The notes below the pieces were generated by a model. The model was given only the letters and a program-made list of their open reading frames with translations, had not been told where the DNA came from and ran no database searches. This document shows positions 15,268-28,242 of a DNA stretch of 64,000 nt, piece by piece. How positions within the stretch are numbered: position 1 is the first letter of the stretch; the number at the start of each line of letters is the position of its first letter. The position numbers and the translations under genes are program-made. Origin of the DNA: an uncultured Gemmatimonadaceae bacterium. GTDB lineage: Bacteria; Gemmatimonadota; Gemmatimonadetes; Gemmatimonadales; Gemmatimonadaceae. The DNA is taken from contig CAWHHI010000011.1 in assembly GCA_963829055.1 (NCBI GenBank), forward strand, positions 256,001-320,000, written 5' to 3'.

Positions 15268-17635
15268 ATGTCCGAACGACGCATCGCCTTCGCTTCCCGC
15301 ACCGCCGGTCGCGCGACCCCGCTCCTGTTCGCCGCCTTCACAGGGTTCGCCGCGACATCCGCAGCGACCGCGCAGGCCGCAGCGTCGAGTTCGATCCCGA
15401 CGCCGGCGTCGGTGATCGGCTTCGAGCCGGGCGCCGATCGCAAGCTGCCGACGTGGAAGCAGGTCACCGACTACTTCACCGCGCTCGACAAGGCGAGCCC
15501 GCGCGTGATCGGTGCGCACGCTCGGCAAGACGACGTTAGGCCGGCCGTTCATCGTCGCGTTCATCTCCGATCCGGCGACGCTCGCGAACCTTCGCGCGCT
15601 ACCGGCAGATCCAGCGCAAGCTGATGGACCCGCGCCTCCGCGCGGCCGGCGAGCGCGACACGCCTCATCGCCGACGGCAAGCTCGTCGTGCTCATCACGT
15701 CGAGCATCCACTCGACGGAGGTCGGCGGCATCCTGACGCCGCTCGTCCTCGCCGACCGGCTCGCGCGAGCCGAGACGCCGGAAGCGCGGCAGGTGCTCGC
15801 GAACTCGATCATCATGCTCGTGCCGTCACAGAACCCCGACGGCGTGGACATCGTCGGCGACCACTACCGCAAGACGCTCGGCACGCGCGGAAGAAGGGAG
15901 CGGCCCGCCGGACCTCTACCACTACTACACGGGGCACGACAACAACCGCGACTGGTACGCGTTCACGCAGCATCGAGACGCGCTACACGGTCGACTCGCT
16001 GTACACGCCGTGGGATCCGCAGATCAACAACGACATTCACCAGCAGGGCGTCGAACGCCGGCCGCATCTTCATTCCGCCGTACATGGATCCGGTCGAGCC
16101 GAACATCGACCCGATCCTCACCGCCGGCGACGAACTCGTTAGGCTCGGCCATGAGCTGGCGGATGATCTCGGACGGCTTCACCGGCGTCGCGACGAACGC
16201 GTCGTACGACCAGTGGTCGCCCGCGCGCCAGTACTCGCTCAACCATCGCGGCGTCCGCATCCTCACGGAGACGGCGAGCGCGCGTCTCGCGTCGCCGATG
16301 GACATGCCGTTCGATCACGCTGGGCCCGGGACGCGGCTACGACGCGCGCGACGGTGACGTGGAACTATCCCGTGCTGTGGCCCGGCGGAACGTGGGCGAT
16401 CGGCGACATCGTGCAGTATCAGACCGCGGCCAGCTGGGCGCTGCTCGTCGAGGCGGCGCGCGACCGGCAGGGATGGCTCGAGAGCTACGCGCAGATGGGC
16501 GATCGCGCGTTAGGCGCGTCTGCCGCGCGTGGGGGAAGGATGCGTGGCCGTCCGCGTTCGTGATCCCGAAGGCGCAGGCCGACACGCAGGCGCTGCAGCG
16601 TCTCGTCTGGACGCTCCAGCACGGCCAGGTCGAGATTCGTGAGACCACCGCGCCGGTGACCGCCGGCGACAAGAGCTATCCGGCCGGCAGCTACGTCGTG
16701 CTCGTGCGCAGCAGCCGTTCGGCACGTACGCGAAGGCGTTGCTCGAGCGCCAGAAGTATCCGGACCTGCACGAGTATCCCGGCGGCCCGCCGAAGCGGCC
16801 ATACGACGTCACCGCGCACACGCTGCCGCTGCTGTTCGGCGTCGACGTGGCCGCAGTCGACGGGCGACGCCTCCGGCAACCGGCTCGATCGTCAAGCCCG
16901 TCGCCGAGCCGACGTTCACCACGGCCGCTGAGCGATGCGCGCGCGCGACGCGTCGCGATCTTCCGCACGACGCGCAACGAGTCGATGGACGACGGCTGGA
17001 CGCGCTGGGTGTTCGACAAGTACCGGGTGCCGTTCACGCGATCACCGAGAAGGATCTCGCCGCCGGCTCGCTCAACGCGAAGTTCGATGCGATCGTGATC
17101 CCGGATCAGTCGCCGCAGCAGCTGGCCCGCGCGATCGGCGATGCGGGCTCGGCGGCGTTAGGCGCGTTCGTCGAAGGCGGCGGAAACGTGCTGGCGTTCA
17201 ACGACGCGTCGCGTTGTTCGCGGATCGACGCATGAAGCTGCCGGTAAAGAACGTGCTCGAGGGTGTGAAGAACACGGACTTCTACGCGCCAGGCTCGATC
17301 TTCGGCGTGGAGGTCAACAAAGCGAGCCCGCTCGCGGCCGGCCTCAACGACGCCGGTGCCGGCAGTCTGGTTCGAGGACAGGCCGGCGTTCGAGATCACG
17401 GACCCTGCCGCGGCGACCGCGGTGCTCTCGTATCCCGGCGAGCGGGAATGCACTTGCTCTCCGGCTGGCTCCTCGGCGCCACAGAAGCTGAACGGCAAGG
17501 CCGCGATGGTCGACGTGAAGCGCGGGCGCGGGCACGTGGTGCTGTACGGATTCCGCCCGCAGTATCGGGGTCAGAGCAACGCGACGTTCCCGCTGATCTG
17601 GGCGGCGATAGGCGAAACCGGCGGCATAGCCGTGA
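15268..17635 (+). CDS. M14-family zinc carboxypeptidase-like secreted protein (frameshifted)
   Basis: [69 protein letters not shown]. Confidence 0.8.
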
Positions 17636-17761
17636 TTCCGGCTTTGCATCTCGGCATCATCTCGCCGGGGTCGGTGGGAACTACGATTGGGCGGATGAAC
17701 TGCAGAAACAGCCGGATACTACTTTGAATTGACGCTGGCTCTCACCGGACTCTGAACGAAT

Positions 17762-17807
17762 GGGGACGGCCGCTCGGGACGCAGGAGCCTCCCGAGCGGC
17801 CGTCTCC
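17762..17807 (+). terminator. GC-rich stem-loop downstream of the M14 peptidase gene
   Basis: GGGGACGGCCGCTCGGGA...TCCCGAGCGGCCGTCTCC inverted repeat. Confidence 0.55.
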
Positions 17808-18065
17808 AAAGAATCCCGGCTCGTTGCGAGAGGAGCCGGATTCTACCGAGCAGTATCCTGCTGTTTCCGTTTCATCCGCCCGATCGCAGTTCCCACCGAC
17901 CCCGGCGCGACGCTGCCTGAATGCAAAGCCGTATCCGGTAGTTTCGCCGTACAGATCCGCCCAATCGTTGTTCCCACCGGCCGCTTGCGCACCGAGCCTG
18001 ACAACACAAATTCACCGCGCGCCCGTCCGATGATTGCACCCCTGGGCCGACCCCTGCCTGCCCGC

Positions 18066-20381
18066 ATGCCGCGACAAACCGCTTGGCCCGCCCCAGTTCC
18101 GCGATCATCGCCAGCAGCACGCCGCCTCCTGGCCGCGATCTTCACCTTCGCCGCTACCGTCCACCACCACCGCCGCGCAGACCCCGGCCAATCCGCGCGT
18201 CATCGCCCGTCGCGAAAGCCCACGCCATCACCAGAAGGCCCCAGTCGTGAACGGCCACCTCGACGACGTAGGCCTGGCAGGACGCCGAGCCGTTCAGCGG
18301 GCTTCGTCCAGCGCGAGCTCCAGGAGGGCGCCCCCGTCACCGAGCGCACCGAGGTGCGCATCCTCACCGACGGCGAGGCGCTCTACGTCGGCGCGTGGCT
18401 GTACGATCGCGACCCGTCGCGCATCGTGCCCGGCGAGAAGGTCCGCGACGTCGACGCTCACGAACAGCGACTACTTCGCGATCATCCTCGACACGTACCT
18501 CGATCGCCAGAACGGCTTCGTCTTCGCGACGACGCCGGCCGCCGTCGAGTACGACGGTCAGGTCGTGAAGGAAGGCGAAGGCGGCGGCGTGCACGCAGAC
18601 CGGGCAGACGCGCGCGCAATCCGGCTCGATGGGCGGCTTCAACCTGAACTGGGACGGCAGCTGGACCGTCGCGACGTCGGTCGACTCGTTAGGCTGGTAC
18701 GCCGAGTTTCGCATTCCGTTCTCGACGCTGCGCTACGGCGGCGGCGCGACCCAGACGTGGGGCCTCAACTTCGCCCGCAGCATCCGCCGCAAGAACGAGG
18801 AAGCGTTCTGGTCGTTCATTCCGCGCCAGTTCAACCTCTATCGGCTCTCGCGCGCCGGGACGATGGAAGGCATCCAGGTCCCCGTGCGGCGCGTCGCGAC
18901 GGTCACGCCGTACGTCCTCGGCGGCATGTAGCGCGCGTACGCGCTCGACGCGCCAGGGCAGCCTCGGCTCCGACGCCACGCGACTCGAACGAGTTCGGCG
19001 CGGACGCCAAGTACGGCCTGACGCCGAGCCTGACGCTCGATCTCACCTACAACACCGACTTCGCGCAGGTCGAGGTCGACGAGCAGCGCACGAACCTCAC
19101 GCGCTTCCCGCTCTTCTTCCCGGAGAAGCGGCCGTTCTTTCTCGAGAACGCCGGCATCTTCTCGGCGGGAACGCCGCAGGCCGTCGACCTGTTCTTCACG
19201 CGGCGCATCGGCATCGACAGCATCGGCCGACCCGTGCCCGATCATCGGCGGCGGACGCGTGTCCGGACGCGCTGGCCGGTCTCACCGTCGGGCTGCTGCA
19301 GCTCTTCACCGACGATGTGCCGACGAGGGCCGCCCGACGACGTCGTACACCGTTGCACGCGTGTCGCGCGAGCTCTCGGCGCGCTCACGCGTGGGCGCAC
19401 TCGCGGTGCAGCGTATGGCGACGACCAACGCCGACGACTCACAACCGCACCTACGCGCATCGACGGACGCATTGGCGCTGGGCCAGAACTGGACGTTCGA
19501 CTGGTGGGGCGCGAAGACCGAGACGCCGGGCCGCACCGGCGATGAATTCGGCTACAGCGCGCGCGCCGGCTACACGACGGCCGACTGGAACAACACGCAT
19601 CCGCTTCGTGCAGGTTGGCGACGCGTTCAACCCGGAGGTCGGTTTCCTGAATCGATCGGCGGCTATCGCTTCTACGACATCTCGTTCATGCGGCTCGTGC
19701 GCCGCCGGGAGTGGAAGTGGTTCAAGCAGTGGAACCCGCACTCGAGCTACCGCGGCTACTACGGCCTCGATGGCTTCTACCAGAGCGGCACAATGGCACG
19801 TCGATCTCACCGAGGTCGAGTTCGCGAACGGCGGACGCTTCGGCCCCGAGCTGAACATCTATCACGAGGGACTGCAGGAACCGTTCGAGATCTCGCCAGG
19901 CGTCATCGCTCCCCGTCGGGAGCTACGACTACCCATCACTCGGTCTCGATCTCGTCGCACGAATCCGAGCGCTCCGGTGTCGCTCACGCTGCGCGGCGAC
20001 TTCGGGCCGTTCTACGACGGGACTCGCAACGGCGGCAGCGCGACAATCGTTATGCGGTACGGCGCGTCGTTCACGTCGTCGCTGCTCGTCGACTACAACG
20101 ACGTGCATCTCGACGAGGGCAACTTCGTGCGCTCACTGATCGGGACTCGCCTCGCCTACTTCTTCACGCCGCGGATTCTCGCGCAGTCACTCGTGCAGTA
20201 CAACAACCAGGCGCGGGCGTGGACGGCGAACGCGCGCTTCGGATGGCTCAACACCGCCGGCACTGGCTTGTTCGTCGTGTTCAACGAAGGCCAGGTCGCC
20301 GACGGATTCTTCGATTGGGTCCGCCCGCAGTCACGTTCGTTCATCGTGAAGTACACGCGGCAATTCGGAACCGGCGGCTAA
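18066..20381 (+). CDS. DUF5916 / CBM9-like domain outer-membrane protein (frameshifted)
   Basis: ERTEVRI, DYFAIILDTYLD, GWYAEFRIPFSTLRY, LDLTYNTDFAQVEVD, RFPLFFPEKRPFFLEN, LFFTRRIG. Confidence 0.8.
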
Positions 20382-20560
20382 GCCAATGGACAGATAGCGA
20401 GGTCAGCACAGCGCCGACCTCCGCACACACTCCGTTGGCCGACCAACTATGGGCTCTCGCCGCAACGGAGTTGTCGTTGGTGGACAGCTGCACCGATCGT
20501 GGAGGATACGTGCCGTCATTCCGGACGGCCAAGTCGAACCCCAGGTGAGGTGAGGCCACC

Positions 20561-21169
20561 ATGCATCGATCGACATGGGCGACCGCGCTCGCGGTCGTCA
20601 CTCCCGCCGTTCTCCTGCTCGCGGCCTGCGGCGAACAGCCAGCGCCGACGGACGCTACTCGCGATGCGCCGTCTGTCGCCTTCAGCCGAGGCGAGAATGG
20701 GCAGGAACACGCCGGCGCGATCGTCGCACACGACAGCTGCGATCCGGCCTCGTTCAACCTCGCTATTGGTCCCGGCACCTGCCTGAAGAACGGCAACACG
20801 ACATTCCAGGAATTCATCGGCGAGCTGACCGCCACACGCGTTGTTCGCAAATGGAACTTCACGCCGACGCAACTCACCGCGCATTTCGGGGTCAACCTGC
20901 TTGGCAACAACGTCGGCGGTGAAGAACACACCTTCACCCCCGTCAGACAGTTCGGCGGTGGTGTCGTTCCGATTCTCAACCAGCTGTCCGGGAATCCGGT
21001 TATCGCGCAGGAATGCCTCAGCCTGGACGAAGACGACGTCGTTGCTCCTGGCGGCAAGTACATCATCGAGTCGGAAGAGCTGGCGGAGGTCGCGGACAAC
21101 AGCGGCATCGCGCGCGTCGAGTGCTGCATCCATCCGTGGATGCGTTCCGAGGTTCGGCTCAAGAGCTAG
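20561..21169 (+). CDS. Lipoprotein with cupredoxin-like C-terminus
   Basis: Intact 202-aa ORF with RBS GAGG; lipobox LLAAC; HTFT and C-terminal CCIHPWM resembling a type-1 copper C-x2-H-x2-M site. Confidence 0.6.
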   Translation: MHRSTWATALAVVTPAVLLLAACGEQPAPTDATRDAPSVAFSRGENGQEHAGAIVAHDSCDPASFNLAIGPGTCLKNGNTTFQEFIGELTATRVVRKWNFTPTQLTAHFGVNLLGNNVGGEEHTFTPVRQFGGGVVPILNQLSGNPVIAQECLSLDEDDVVAPGGKYIIESEELAEVADNSGIARVECCIHPWMRSEVRLKS

Positions 21170-21446
21170 CCATCATCTCGCGCACATGAGTGGGAACCGC
21201 GGGCGTGCCATGAGCACGCCCGCGGTTTCACATCCAGCTCTGGCTTCTTCTGTCGCTCCATGAGTCGAACGACCTATGTCGAGCGCGATCGAGCCGTCGC
21301 GGGTCGGACGTCGCGGGTCGGCCCATCACGGCCAGATGAGAGGATTCGAACGAACCGCCCGTTTCATCATCGTTCGCTTATCTCGTCGCCTCGGGCCAGC
21401 GGGTCGGTTCGCCGCAGGGCCCAGCTATCTATAGTGGAGCGCAGTC

Positions 21447-22667
21447 ATGTCTCTCGTTCCCGCGTCTTCGGGGGCCTTCACGGCCGGCAGTGCGTTTCAT
21501 CATGACTTCCTGATCCGCAGCAACGCCCCGCGCAGCGCCGATGCTCCGATTGAGTCCGATCCCCTCGGGCGGCTGGAGCGGGCGGTTGCCGTCGCGCTGT
21601 CACCGTTCGACTACGCCGACGCCACGGCCTGGGCAGACGCTCTCACGGCGGCTCTCTGCACCGTCGCCGGCGCGGACGCGGGATTCGTCCTGCTGCCGGG
21701 CACTTCCCTTCCGTGGCGTACGGTCAGCACGGGAGCGAACGCGGACGCGACAGGCCCAGGCTCCAGTTCTCCACTGCACGACGAGATCACCGAACAGCTT
21801 CGCACCGGGGCCAGCGGAGACCTCGTGCTCTGGGCGCGTGACGATCTTGCCGACACCGCCGTCCAGCCGACCACGATCACACCTCGTCACACCGTCGGCA
21901 TCCGCGTCCGCACCGATCGTGGTGCGGTCGCCGCGGTGTGCATGGAGCGGCACCCCGACCTCGGCCCCGCCCCGCACTACCTGCTGGCGTCACTCCGGGC
22001 GATCGCACCCGCCTTCCGGGCCGGCGTGAACACATGGGTCAGCGCCACCGCGGCCCAGACGAACATCGCCCAGATGCTCGACTCGCTCACTGACGCCGCC
22101 CTGCTGTTCGACGCTGCCGGTACGCTCGTCCACGCGAATGCGGCCGCGGACCGCCTAACGTCTGCGGCGGACACCGCGCGCCTGCGCCGCGAAACGCAGC
22201 GCATCGCCTGGGCCCTCGGCGCGATCGCGCATCGCCGCGCGACGGCGAGCCGCGGGCCGGCCGTTCGGTCGCACGATGCGTCGCAGTCGGCGACGCCTAC
22301 CACGCAGAGTGTTCGGGTGGGTGCCACGGTGTACCAGCTTCGCGGAACAATGGTTGGCGAGCAGCTGACTGGTGCCAAACCCGCCGTGCTGATCACGATC
22401 ACCGTCGCCGCCGCAAAGCCGCTGACGGACGACGAGCTCCAGGCCGAGTATGGATTGACCGCGCGGGAGACGCAGGTGGCGCGGCTGATCGATGAGGGAC
22501 TGTCCAACAACGAGATCGCCGATCGGCTGGGCGTCCGGTTCTTCACCGCCCGCAATCACGTGGAGCGTACGCTCGCGAAGCTCGGCGTACCGAGCCGAAA
22601 TCGCGTCGGGCCGCTGCTGCGCACTGGGGCGGAACCTTGCGACTCGAATAGGGCGACGGCGGCCTGA
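21447..22667 (+). CDS. LuxR-family HTH regulator with PAS-like sensory region
   Basis: C-terminal LTARETQVARLIDEGLSNNEIADRLGVRFFTARNHV; PAS-like LDSLTDAALLFDAAGTLVHANAAA. Start uncertain. Confidence 0.8.
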   Translation: MSLVPASSGAFTAGSAFHHDFLIRSNAPRSADAPIESDPLGRLERAVAVALSPFDYADATAWADALTAALCTVAGADAGFVLLPGTSLPWRTVSTGANADATGPGSSSPLHDEITEQLRTGASGDLVLWARDDLADTAVQPTTITPRHTVGIRVRTDRGAVAAVCMERHPDLGPAPHYLLASLRAIAPAFRAGVNTWVSATAAQTNIAQMLDSLTDAALLFDAAGTLVHANAAADRLTSAADTARLRRETQRIAWALGAIAHRRATASRGPAVRSHDASQSATPTTQSVRVGATVYQLRGTMVGEQLTGAKPAVLITITVAAAKPLTDDELQAEYGLTARETQVARLIDEGLSNNEIADRLGVRFFTARNHVERTLAKLGVPSRNRVGPLLRTGAEPCDSNRATAA

Positions 22668-22676
22668 CCGTTAGCG

Positions 22677-23211
22677 TCAGCGCTGATTCTCCGGAATCAG
22701 GCGCTCGACGATCACCACGTCGCGCCACACGCCATCGAGCTGCGCGTGCCGTTCGTACACGCCGACCTCGCGGAATCCGTGTCGCGCGCACAATCCACGT
22801 GACGCCGAGTTCTCTGGAAAGATCCGCGACAGGATCTTCCAGACGCCCGCCTCGGCGCACGCCTCGACGAAGCGCGCCATGAGCGCGTCACCGACCCGCT
22901 GACCGCGCGCACGCGACGACACGTACACCGAGAACTCGGCCACTCCGTCGTAGCACGGACGCGACCGATACTCTGACGCGCGCACCCAGCCCACGACCTC
23001 GGCGTCGCCCCTGTTCCCATCCACCCGCTCGGCCACGAGAAACGGCCGCTTGATACGCGCGACGCTACGCGAGCCAGCCCGGCCACATCTTCGGGCGAGC
23101 GCTCGGTCGTCTCGAACGTCGCGCCCCGTCCGCGAATCCCCTCGTTGTAGATCGTCGCGATCGCGGCCGCGTCGCGAGGCTCGCGCATCGGATGCGAATC
23201 GAGGCCGGCAT
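22677..23211 (-). CDS. GNAT N-acetyltransferase, phosphinothricin/arsinothricin (ArsN1-like) family (frameshifted)
   Basis: IATIYNEGI..RGATFET, YRSRPCYDGVAEFSVYV, KILSRIFPENSASRGLC, GFREVGVYERHAQLDGVWRDVVIVE. Confidence 0.85.
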
Positions 23212-23255
23212 CCTCGTGGACGCCGGCCTCGTGAGGTCAGTTCTCTTCGTCGTGC

Positions 23256-25962
23256 CTACTCGGACGCCACCTTCGAGTCCTTCGGCTTGTTCGCGTTCTT
23301 CACGTAGATGTCGAGCCACGCCGTCCACCGCGCCCACTGGTCGAGAATCGTCTCCTTCGTCGCCGGGCCGTGATCCTCGTACGGATACATGTACAGCGAC
23401 GCGACTTTGCCGAGCCCCTGCAGCGCGTGCATCATGCGGATCGAGCTGATCGGATCCGTGCCGACGTTCTGGTCCTCGAGCGAGTGATACATGAGCAGCG
23501 CGCCCGAGAGCTTGTCGGCCTTGAAGAACGGCGACATGTCGAGGTACGTCTTCTGCGCCTTCCCAGAAGTCGCGACGCTCGTTCTGGAACCCGTTAGGCG
23601 TGAGCGTGCGGTTGTACATGCCGTCGCCCGCGATGCCCGCCTTGAAGAACGGCGTGTTCACCATCGCGTTCACGGTGCTGAACGCGCCGTAGCTGTGGCC
23701 ACCGATGCCCGAGCGCGGCTGCGGTCGATGTAGCCCTGCTTGTCCAGCTCATCGATCACCGCCGTCAGGTTCGCGACGAGATCGGTCACGTAGTTGTCGT
23801 TCATCCGTCCGTTCGACGCCGACGATCGGCGGATCGAAGTTCGCGACGGCGTAGCCCTGCGTGACGAGGTACTCGATCGTGCGCGGGCCGGCCTGCGGGA
23901 ACTGGTTGATGTTGTTCGTGCGCAGCGTGCGATCGTACCCGCCTGATCGGTGAACTCGTACGGGTAGAACCAGAACATGGCCGGGAGGCGCGTGCCCGGC
24001 CGGTAGTCCGACGGCAGCGTCAGGTTCACCATGAACTTGTAGCCGTCCGCGCGCGTCACCGGGATGCGCTTGCGGATCGCCGCCGTGAACTCCGGCGTGT
24101 AGTCCTTGTTGTTCGTGAGCTTCGTGTACTGGCCGGACTGCGCCGTCGCGCAGATACGAGTCCGGCACCTGCGTCGGCGACTCGCGCGACGACGACGAAC
24201 TTCGTGAAGTCATCGTCCAGCGCGGCCGTCACCGTCTCGTACATGTCGGCCTGGCCTTCGAACACGCGCGACTTCTGACCGGTCTTGATCTCGACCTTGT
24301 CCACGAAGCCGTGCGGCGCCGAGTCCTGCCACGTCTTGAAGTAGCGCGTGCCCTCGAGGAACGCGTACTTGCCGTCCGTGGACAGCTGGGCGACCTGCAC
24401 GCCGATTGCGACCGCGCTTCGCCACGATGGTGCCGGGGTTCTGGTAGAACGTCAGCGAGTCAGCGCCGGTGCCGCCACGACCGCCACCGCCGCCGAACCC
24501 ACGGCCGTCGCCGCCGACGGTCGCGTTGAGCCCGCGCACGCGCCAGATCGTGTACTTCTTGCCCGGCTCGTCGAAGTAGACCGCGTACACGTGACCGGTG
24601 CCGCTCGCGTTCTCGGCCACGAACACCGACTTCGCATCGTCCGTGAACAGCACGCCACCGATGCGGTTGTCGCTCTCGAGCAGCAGCTTTCTTCGACGAC
24701 GCGTCGAACGGCGGCGTCCACTGATAGAGATGGTCCTTCCGACGCGCGCCACCCGGCCGCCCTGCGGCGCCGCGTCGCGTCGTGTCGGCCGGCGCGCGCC
24801 AGCACCGCGCGGCGGACGCCGAATCCTGCTGCAGGAAGTAGATCCCGGCCCGTTAGGCATCCAGCCGACGTTGCGCGGCAGCGCTGTCGTTCGCGCCGGC
24901 GCCCGGCGGGCCGAAGCTGTCATCATCGCCGCTCGTCACTTCGCGCAGCGGACGGTTCGCGACCTCGCGTCAGCATCTTGCCGTCGCGTCCCAGATCTGC
25001 TCCGACGTGCCGAACGAGTTGTACTGCACGATGTAGGAGAACGGCTTCTGCATGAGCGTCACGTGGAAGTACTTCCCGTCCGGCGACGCATCGACGGCCG
25101 AGATCATCCCCGGCGCGCCGATCTTCTTGACGCTGCCGCTGCTCGACGTTGATCGTCGCGAGCTGGCCGGTGACGTAGTACTCCATCAGCTCCTTCTCGA
25201 ACGGATCGCGGAGGAGGCTCGCGAAGTTGCGGGTCTTCTCCTTCTTCTCGTCCGTCAGGCGGACGAGCGGGCCGGTCTCGATCGCCGGACGCTTCGGCTC
25301 CGCCTTGCGTGCATCCGGAATCAGCACCGTGACGAGCTGGCTTCCGTCCGCCGTCCAGTCGACCGTCGTCACGAGCGTCGCGAGCAGCGCGCGCGGCGAC
25401 ACCTGGCGCGACTTGCCGGTCGCGAGGTCGGCGACGTAGAGCCGCGAGGCATCGTCGAAGTTCGCGATGTAGGCGAGCTTCGATCCGTCGGGCGACCACT
25501 GCGGGCTGCTGACGCTCGCGCCCTTCGGCGTCTCGATCGTCGCGCGACTGGCCGGTGCTCGCGTCGATGATCGCGAGGCCGGCTCGACCCGCGCGTCGTG
25601 AGGGCCCGCGCGCGGTTCGCCTTGTAGTCGACCTGCAGCCCGGCGAAGTAGTAGTGCGGCTTGCCGAACGTCTGGACGCTCGGCAGCCCCTCACTCTGCA
25701 GCTTGAGGAAGTACTTCCGGTTCGGGCTCTGGTTGTTGACAGCGTCACGTTGTTCTGTCGCGGCGCCGTGACGAGCCGCTCGATCGCCGCGGGCGGCTTC
25801 ACGTACGTCTCGGCCGCCAGCCGCTCTTTGGGCGGAAGCTCTTCCTTGCCGTTGTCGGCGCTGTTCTGTTGCGCTCGCGCGCCAACGGCGCGATCGCGAC
25901 GGCAAGGGCCGTCGGGAGCACGAAGCGCTCGCGTGGACAATGCGACGGAACGAGAGGGGCAT
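23256..25962 (-). CDS. S9 family (prolyl oligopeptidase-like) serine peptidase (frameshifted)
   Basis: GGHSYGAFS nucleophile motif near 23690, GIAGDGMYNRTLTP, LLMYHSLEDQNVGT, YPYEDHG. Confidence 0.85.
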
Positions 25963-26181
25963 GGACACTCCAGGATGGGTTTGGCGCTCCTGCGGCGGGA
26001 GAATCGCAGGGTTCTGCTGTGCCATACGCACAACCTGCCGGAAACGCGGCAACTCTGGCAAATTCGATGTGAGACACCCGGCTTGCGAACGCGGCGATCG
26101 CCCCGCTGCAGCACCCTACGACTCGTGTCGCCGCGCCGCCCACGCGCGACTCGATCACTCTCCAGCCGGTCGCGTCCGACC

Positions 26182-27954
26182 ATGAAGTCGCTGATTCTGC
26201 GTCTGCGCTCGCCTCATCCGCGGCCGTCACATGATCTGCGTCGTCGCGGTCTCTCGCACGTCCGTCGCGCGTCAGCCGTCGGCCAACGCATCAGCGCGTC
26301 GCGCGACACCGGCGTCGTCGCGTCGCGGCGCGGCGTCGTCGTGTCCGTCTCTGGGCATCGCGTCGGACGTCGGCGCGTCGGTGCTGCGCGCGGTGGCAAC
26401 GCCGTCGATGCCGCCGTCGCCACGGCGTTCGCCCTCGCCGTCACGCACCCGAGCGCCGGGAACCTCGGCGGCGGCGGGTTCATGATCGTGCGAACGGCCG
26501 ACGGCAAGGCGACCACGTTCGACTATCGCGAGCGCGCGCCGCGGCGCCGCGACGCCGACGATGTATCTCAAGACCGACGGCACGATCGACCGGTCGCTCA
26601 CCGCGCGGGATGGCTCGCCCCGGGCGTGCCCGGCACCGTTCGCGGACTCGCGACTCGCCCACAAGAGATTCGGCAAGCTGCCCGTGGGCCGACGTCGTAC
26701 GGCCCGCGGCGCGACTCGCGTTAGGCTTCCCGCTCTCGAAGGCGCTCGCGTCGAGCCTCAATTCGACCGTCGCGCAAGCACATGGCGCCGTTCCCGTCGT
26801 CGGTCGCGGCGTACGGGAAGCCGGGCGGCGGAAGCTGGGCCGCGGGCGACACGATCCGACCTGACGGATCTCGCTCGCACACTCGACGCGATCGCGTCGA
26901 AGCGGGCCCAACGCGTTCTACACCGGCTGGATCGCCGACAGCCTCGCCGCGCAGATGAAGGCGAACGGTGGCCTGATCACGAAGGCCGATCTCGCCGCGT
27001 ACGAGGCGAAGGAGCGCGCGCCGGTTCGCGGCACGTTCAACGGCTATGACGATCATCGCGATGGGCCCGCCGAGCTCCGGCGGCACCGTGATGCTCGAGA
27101 CGCTCAACATCCTCGAGAAGTTCGACGTCGCGAAGATGGACCGCTGGTCGCCGGACTATCTGCATCTCCGCATCGAGGCGGCGCGACGCGCGTACGCCGA
27201 CCGCGCGCGCTGGCTCGGTGACCCGGACTTCGTGTCGGTGCCGGTGGCGCGCCTAACGTCGAAGGCGTACGCCGACACGCTCGCGCGCGGCATCAAGCGC
27301 GATCGCGCGTCGAGCAGCGTCGAGATCGGCGCGGACATCGTCACGGTCGCGCGCCGCCGAGTCCGATGAGACGACGCACTTCTCGGTCGTCGACGGCGCC
27401 GGCAACGCGGTGTCGAACACGTACACGCTCGAGGGCGGCTACGGGTCGGGCGTCGTCGTTCGCGGCGCCGGCTTCATTCTCAACAACGAGATGGGCGACT
27501 TCAACAAGAAGCCCGGCGAGACGAACGCGGCGGCGACATCGGCACGCCCGCGAATCTGATCGCGCCAGGCAAGCGGATGCTGAGCTCCATGTCGCCCGCG
27601 ATCGTGACGCGCGATGGGCGTCTCGTCCTGGTGACGGGATCACCGGGCGGCCGCACCATCCCGAACACGGTCCTCGACGTGGTGCTGGGGGTGACGGCGT
27701 TCGGCGAACTCGATCCGCAGGCGGTCGACGCGCCGCGCCTGCACCACCAGTGGCTCCCGGACTCGACGACGATCGAGCCGGGCAAGGTGAGCGACGCGAC
27801 GATCGCGGCGCTTCGCGCGCGCGGCCAGGCCGTGCGCCTCTCGACCGGACGACAGGGCGATGCGCACTCGATCTGGGTCGACCCGAAGACCGGCATCGCG
27901 TACGGCGCAGCCGACCACCGCAGCCCGGACTCGAAGGCGAGCGCGCCGCGTTAG
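26182..27954 (+). CDS. ggt: Gamma-glutamyltransferase (frameshifted)
   Basis: GGNAVDAAVATAFALAVTHPSAGNLGGGGF, FDYRE, GVPGTVRG, PPSSGG, ETTHFSVVD, LNNEMGDF, MLSSMSP, GSPGG. Confidence 0.92.
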
Positions 27955-27960
27955 AACGCG

Positions 27961-28002
27961 TGTCATTCCGAGCGAAGGCCCGCAGGGCCGCAGTCGAGAA
28001 TC
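27961..28002. repeat. REP-like arm related to the 7522 element
   Basis: TGTCATTCCGAGCGaaggcccgcagggccgc directly after the ggt stop; the first 14 nt are identical to 63964-63977. Confidence 0.55.
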
Positions 28003-28242
28003 GACAACGCACGACCGACTACGTTCGGCAGCGTGGCCAGTGAGTCAGCTTCCAGTCGTTAGGAGGAGGTCTCAGGCATCAGGGTAACAAACACCCTCGA
28101 TACCTGATACCTCGACCTGAGTAGCTGACGCGCTCGGAACTGGCCATGCCGCCGCCGGAGCCATCCGCCGCCGCATGCCCTCACGGAACTTTGATGCAAG
28201 AAGCCTGATTTACTCGACTCACTCAGGCTTCCTGCTCGAACC

